A stretch of DNA of 61,113 nucleotides, counting the filler, from Candidatus Tectimicrobiota bacterium (GTDB taxonomy: Bacteria > JACPSX01): assembly GCA_016193065.1 (NCBI GenBank). It is 6 parts of 6 records of this genome, joined end to end, with 100 filler letters (N's around TTAATTAATTAA, not from the genome) between each part and the next. Parts side by side here need not be neighbours in the genome. Positions count along the whole stretch, not along the records: positions 56,743 to 61,113 come from JACPSX010000293.1; 5 more parts are not named here. One strand, given 5' to 3'. A program made the translations under genes and the position numbers. The notes under the pieces are model-generated. The model saw only the letters and a program-made list of their open reading frames with translations, made no database searches and was not told the origin of the DNA. Positions 59,256 to 61,113 of this stretch are shown in pieces. Position 1 is the first letter of the stretch, and each line of letters opens with the position of its first letter.

Positions 59256-59295
59256 CCTTGAGGATTTAACTGCCTAAGTATCGGAAGGGGGAATC

Positions 59296-60333
59296 GTGAC
59301 AACGACAGCGAACATGCCCCGACATTTGCGGAGAGTGCTCTGGGGGCTGGTGATTGTAGTCCTGCTCGGGGTTGGGGGGAAATTGTTCTGGATCAGAGCC
59401 ACACAAAAGACTCCTTGGCATCCCGCTGGAAGTGCATCCAGCACAGAGGCGCCGGAATTGCGACTGCATCTCCCCACCGTCGTGGACCTGACCCCCGGCG
59501 AGAACCGCATGGTGTTCGGGTTCACCGATAGGGGTGGCCGGTTACTCACCGATAAGGACATCACCGACGTGAGAATCGTGGTCTATGATCTCAGTGGCTC
59601 CAAGCCAAAAGCTATAGGGACCGTACAGCAGGTACAGTATCTCAGGCCCGGCTGGCGCGAGATCTCGAAAGCCACCTACTATCGGGACCCGAATGTCCTT
59701 ATGGATGGATTCTTTAAGGCCGTGGTCCCATTCCCTCGCGCGGGGCAGTGGGGGCTGGAGTTTGTGGTCCATCGACCCGCCAAGCTCCCCTTCTCCCAGC
59801 GCGTCTTCCCCAACGTGCTGAGCGAAAGTCTCACCCCACCGGTCGGTGCCGCTGCCCCCCGATCCAGGAATCCGACACTCAAAGAGGTCGGGGGCGACCT
59901 CTCCAAACTGGACTCGGATCCCCGGCTGAACGACGTGGAGATGCACCGCATGTCCATCGCCGAGGCCATCGCATCCGACCGTCCGGCGGTGGTCATCTTC
60001 TCAACTCCAGGCTTCTGCGAGAGCCGCATGTGCCTGCCCAACACCGAGATCGTCTACAGTCTATACCCCGAGTACGGGGACAAAGTGACGTTCATTCACG
60101 TGGAGATTTACAAAAACTACGAGAAGTACCAGGACCAAGTCTTGAGAGGAACACTGATAAGCGAACCGGGCGATCTGGCGCTGCGAGATGCCGTGGAGGA
60201 GTGGGGCCTGCAAAACGACCCCTACCTGTTCTTCATCGACCGGCAGGGCCGCATCTTCGCCAAGTTCTTTGGACCCGTGGCCCGGAGCGAGGTCGAGGAG
60301 ACTTTGCGCCGTCTTGTCTCTCGAAGAAAGTAG
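59296..60333 (+). CDS. Membrane-anchored thioredoxin-fold protein
   Basis: N-terminal TM; 'VVIFSTPGFCESRMC.P', 'FIHVEIY', 'EWGL..DP..FFID..G'. Confidence 0.7.
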   Translation: MTTTANMPRHLRRVLWGLVIVVLLGVGGKLFWIRATQKTPWHPAGSASSTEAPELRLHLPTVVDLTPGENRMVFGFTDRGGRLLTDKDITDVRIVVYDLSGSKPKAIGTVQQVQYLRPGWREISKATYYRDPNVLMDGFFKAVVPFPRAGQWGLEFVVHRPAKLPFSQRVFPNVLSESLTPPVGAAAPRSRNPTLKEVGGDLSKLDSDPRLNDVEMHRMSIAEAIASDRPAVVIFSTPGFCESRMCLPNTEIVYSLYPEYGDKVTFIHVEIYKNYEKYQDQVLRGTLISEPGDLALRDAVEEWGLQNDPYLFFIDRQGRIFAKFFGPVARSEVEETLRRLVSRRK

Positions 60334-60459
60334 CAAGGAACGGTGTGGGACTTGTCGCCGCGTTCGGCCAGTTCCTTAAAGGAGCTGGCAGGCATCGAGG
60401 AGGTTCAAGTGTTGATCGGGGGACCAGCACCTGAACACAGACAAGAGGAGGAAGTGAGC

Positions 60460-60577
60460 ATGGCCAAGGAAGCCGAGCGCTACGTTTGCGAAAAGTGCAA
60501 GCAGGAAACCATGATCGTCAAGGCAGGGGTACTGCATTCCGCAGTGCTGAGGCCACAAGATGAAGGTCAAGGCTTGA
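60460..60577 (+). pseudogene. Desulforedoxin-like small Fe/Zn protein, disrupted
   Basis: MAKEAERYVCEKCKQE..IVKAG, then a shifted frame YCIPQC*GHKMKVKA; GAGGAGG RBS upstream. Confidence 0.55.
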
Positions 60578-60599
60578 CCTTCTGAGCGGAGGAGGGCTC

Positions 60600-60938
60600 A
60601 TGAGTGCAAACCGGAAGAAGACTTTGGTGATCGTGGCGGGGGCGATCCGCAGCCTGATCACGCCAGATCAGGCCATCGCCCAGCCCCCATTTCAGCCGCC
60701 CATGGGCCCTTTCGGCCGGGGTGGATGGAACCCATGGGGCGGTGGGGGCACAATCGATTGGCTGACGTTGTTGGGCCTAATTGGGGCGGCAGTCTTCTTT
60801 GTTCTGTGGATCATGGAACGGCGGAAAGGAGGCCCGAAAGCGGGGAGCGATTCTGCCCTCGACATCCTGAAATCGCGGTATGCCCGGGGTGAAATAGACC
60901 GCAATGAGTTCGAAGAGAAGCGAAAAGATCTGATCTAA
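60600..60938 (+). CDS. SHOCT domain membrane protein
   Basis: TM helix, then 'ALDILKSRYARGEID..EFEE'. Confidence 0.85.
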   Translation: MSANRKKTLVIVAGAIRSLITPDQAIAQPPFQPPMGPFGRGGWNPWGGGGTIDWLTLLGLIGAAVFFVLWIMERRKGGPKAGSDSALDILKSRYARGEIDRNEFEEKRKDLI

Positions 60939-60953
60939 GAAAGGAGAAATGCA

Positions 60954-61113
60954 ATGACGAGGCGATACGCAATAGGGATGGTGTTGACTCTACTCCTCAG
61001 CGGGCTGGTGCTTGCAGCCGACTCGCCGGTCTCGGCCCAGATGGGTCCCGGGATGATGGGGCAGGGGTCCGAGCAGATGGGTGAGATCTCTCGGATCCTG
61101 TTGCAGATCTCCG
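60954..61113 (+). CDS. Secreted Met-rich protein, 3' partial
   Basis: AGGAG RBS, signal peptide, 'AQMGPGMMG'. Confidence 0.65.
   Translation, partial: MTRRYAIGMVLTLLLSGLVLAADSPVSAQMGPGMMGQGSEQMGEISRILLQIS

Noticed and set aside
60343-60440. Possible cobalamin-binding domain remnant (LKELAGIEEVQVLIGG)
   Set aside because: Too short to support without a search.

Overview
High-GC bacterial draft/MAG sequence made of six contig pieces (1-7104, 7205-17054, 17155-40048, 40149-53340, 53441-56642, 56743-61113) joined by artificial 100-nt N/TTAATTAATTAA linkers, so adjacency across linkers means nothing. Most genes are housekeeping or metabolic: nth, proline dehydrogenase, DHS-like, thrC, rne, pilB, a TPP-riboswitch thiamine-salvage operon, two moeA, gdh, transaldolase, a MoxR/VWA cluster, pgsBCW, PFK, a Tat-exported PaoABC-like molybdoenzyme, lysS-lolC/E-lolD-clpC and a copper island. 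The standout is 32.2-40.0 kb. Six co-oriented copies of a ~140-280-bp repeat separate small toxin-antitoxin/defence cargo units (BrnT x2, DUF4160/DUF2442, MazF, AbiE, SIR2-like). On the minus strand the repeat reads as a promoter-like motif plus the first ~25 codons of a RAYT-type (Y1 HUH) transposase between inverted GGGGACGTTGTTTC ends, and one copy also keeps the C-terminal HTH. Two cargo units are bounded by attC core-like heptamers, several toxins are broken while their antitoxins are intact, and no integrase or intact transposase is present. My hypothesis is an integron-like cassette array built or colonised by miniature HUH-transposase elements. All family calls come from visual motif recognition; no searches were run.
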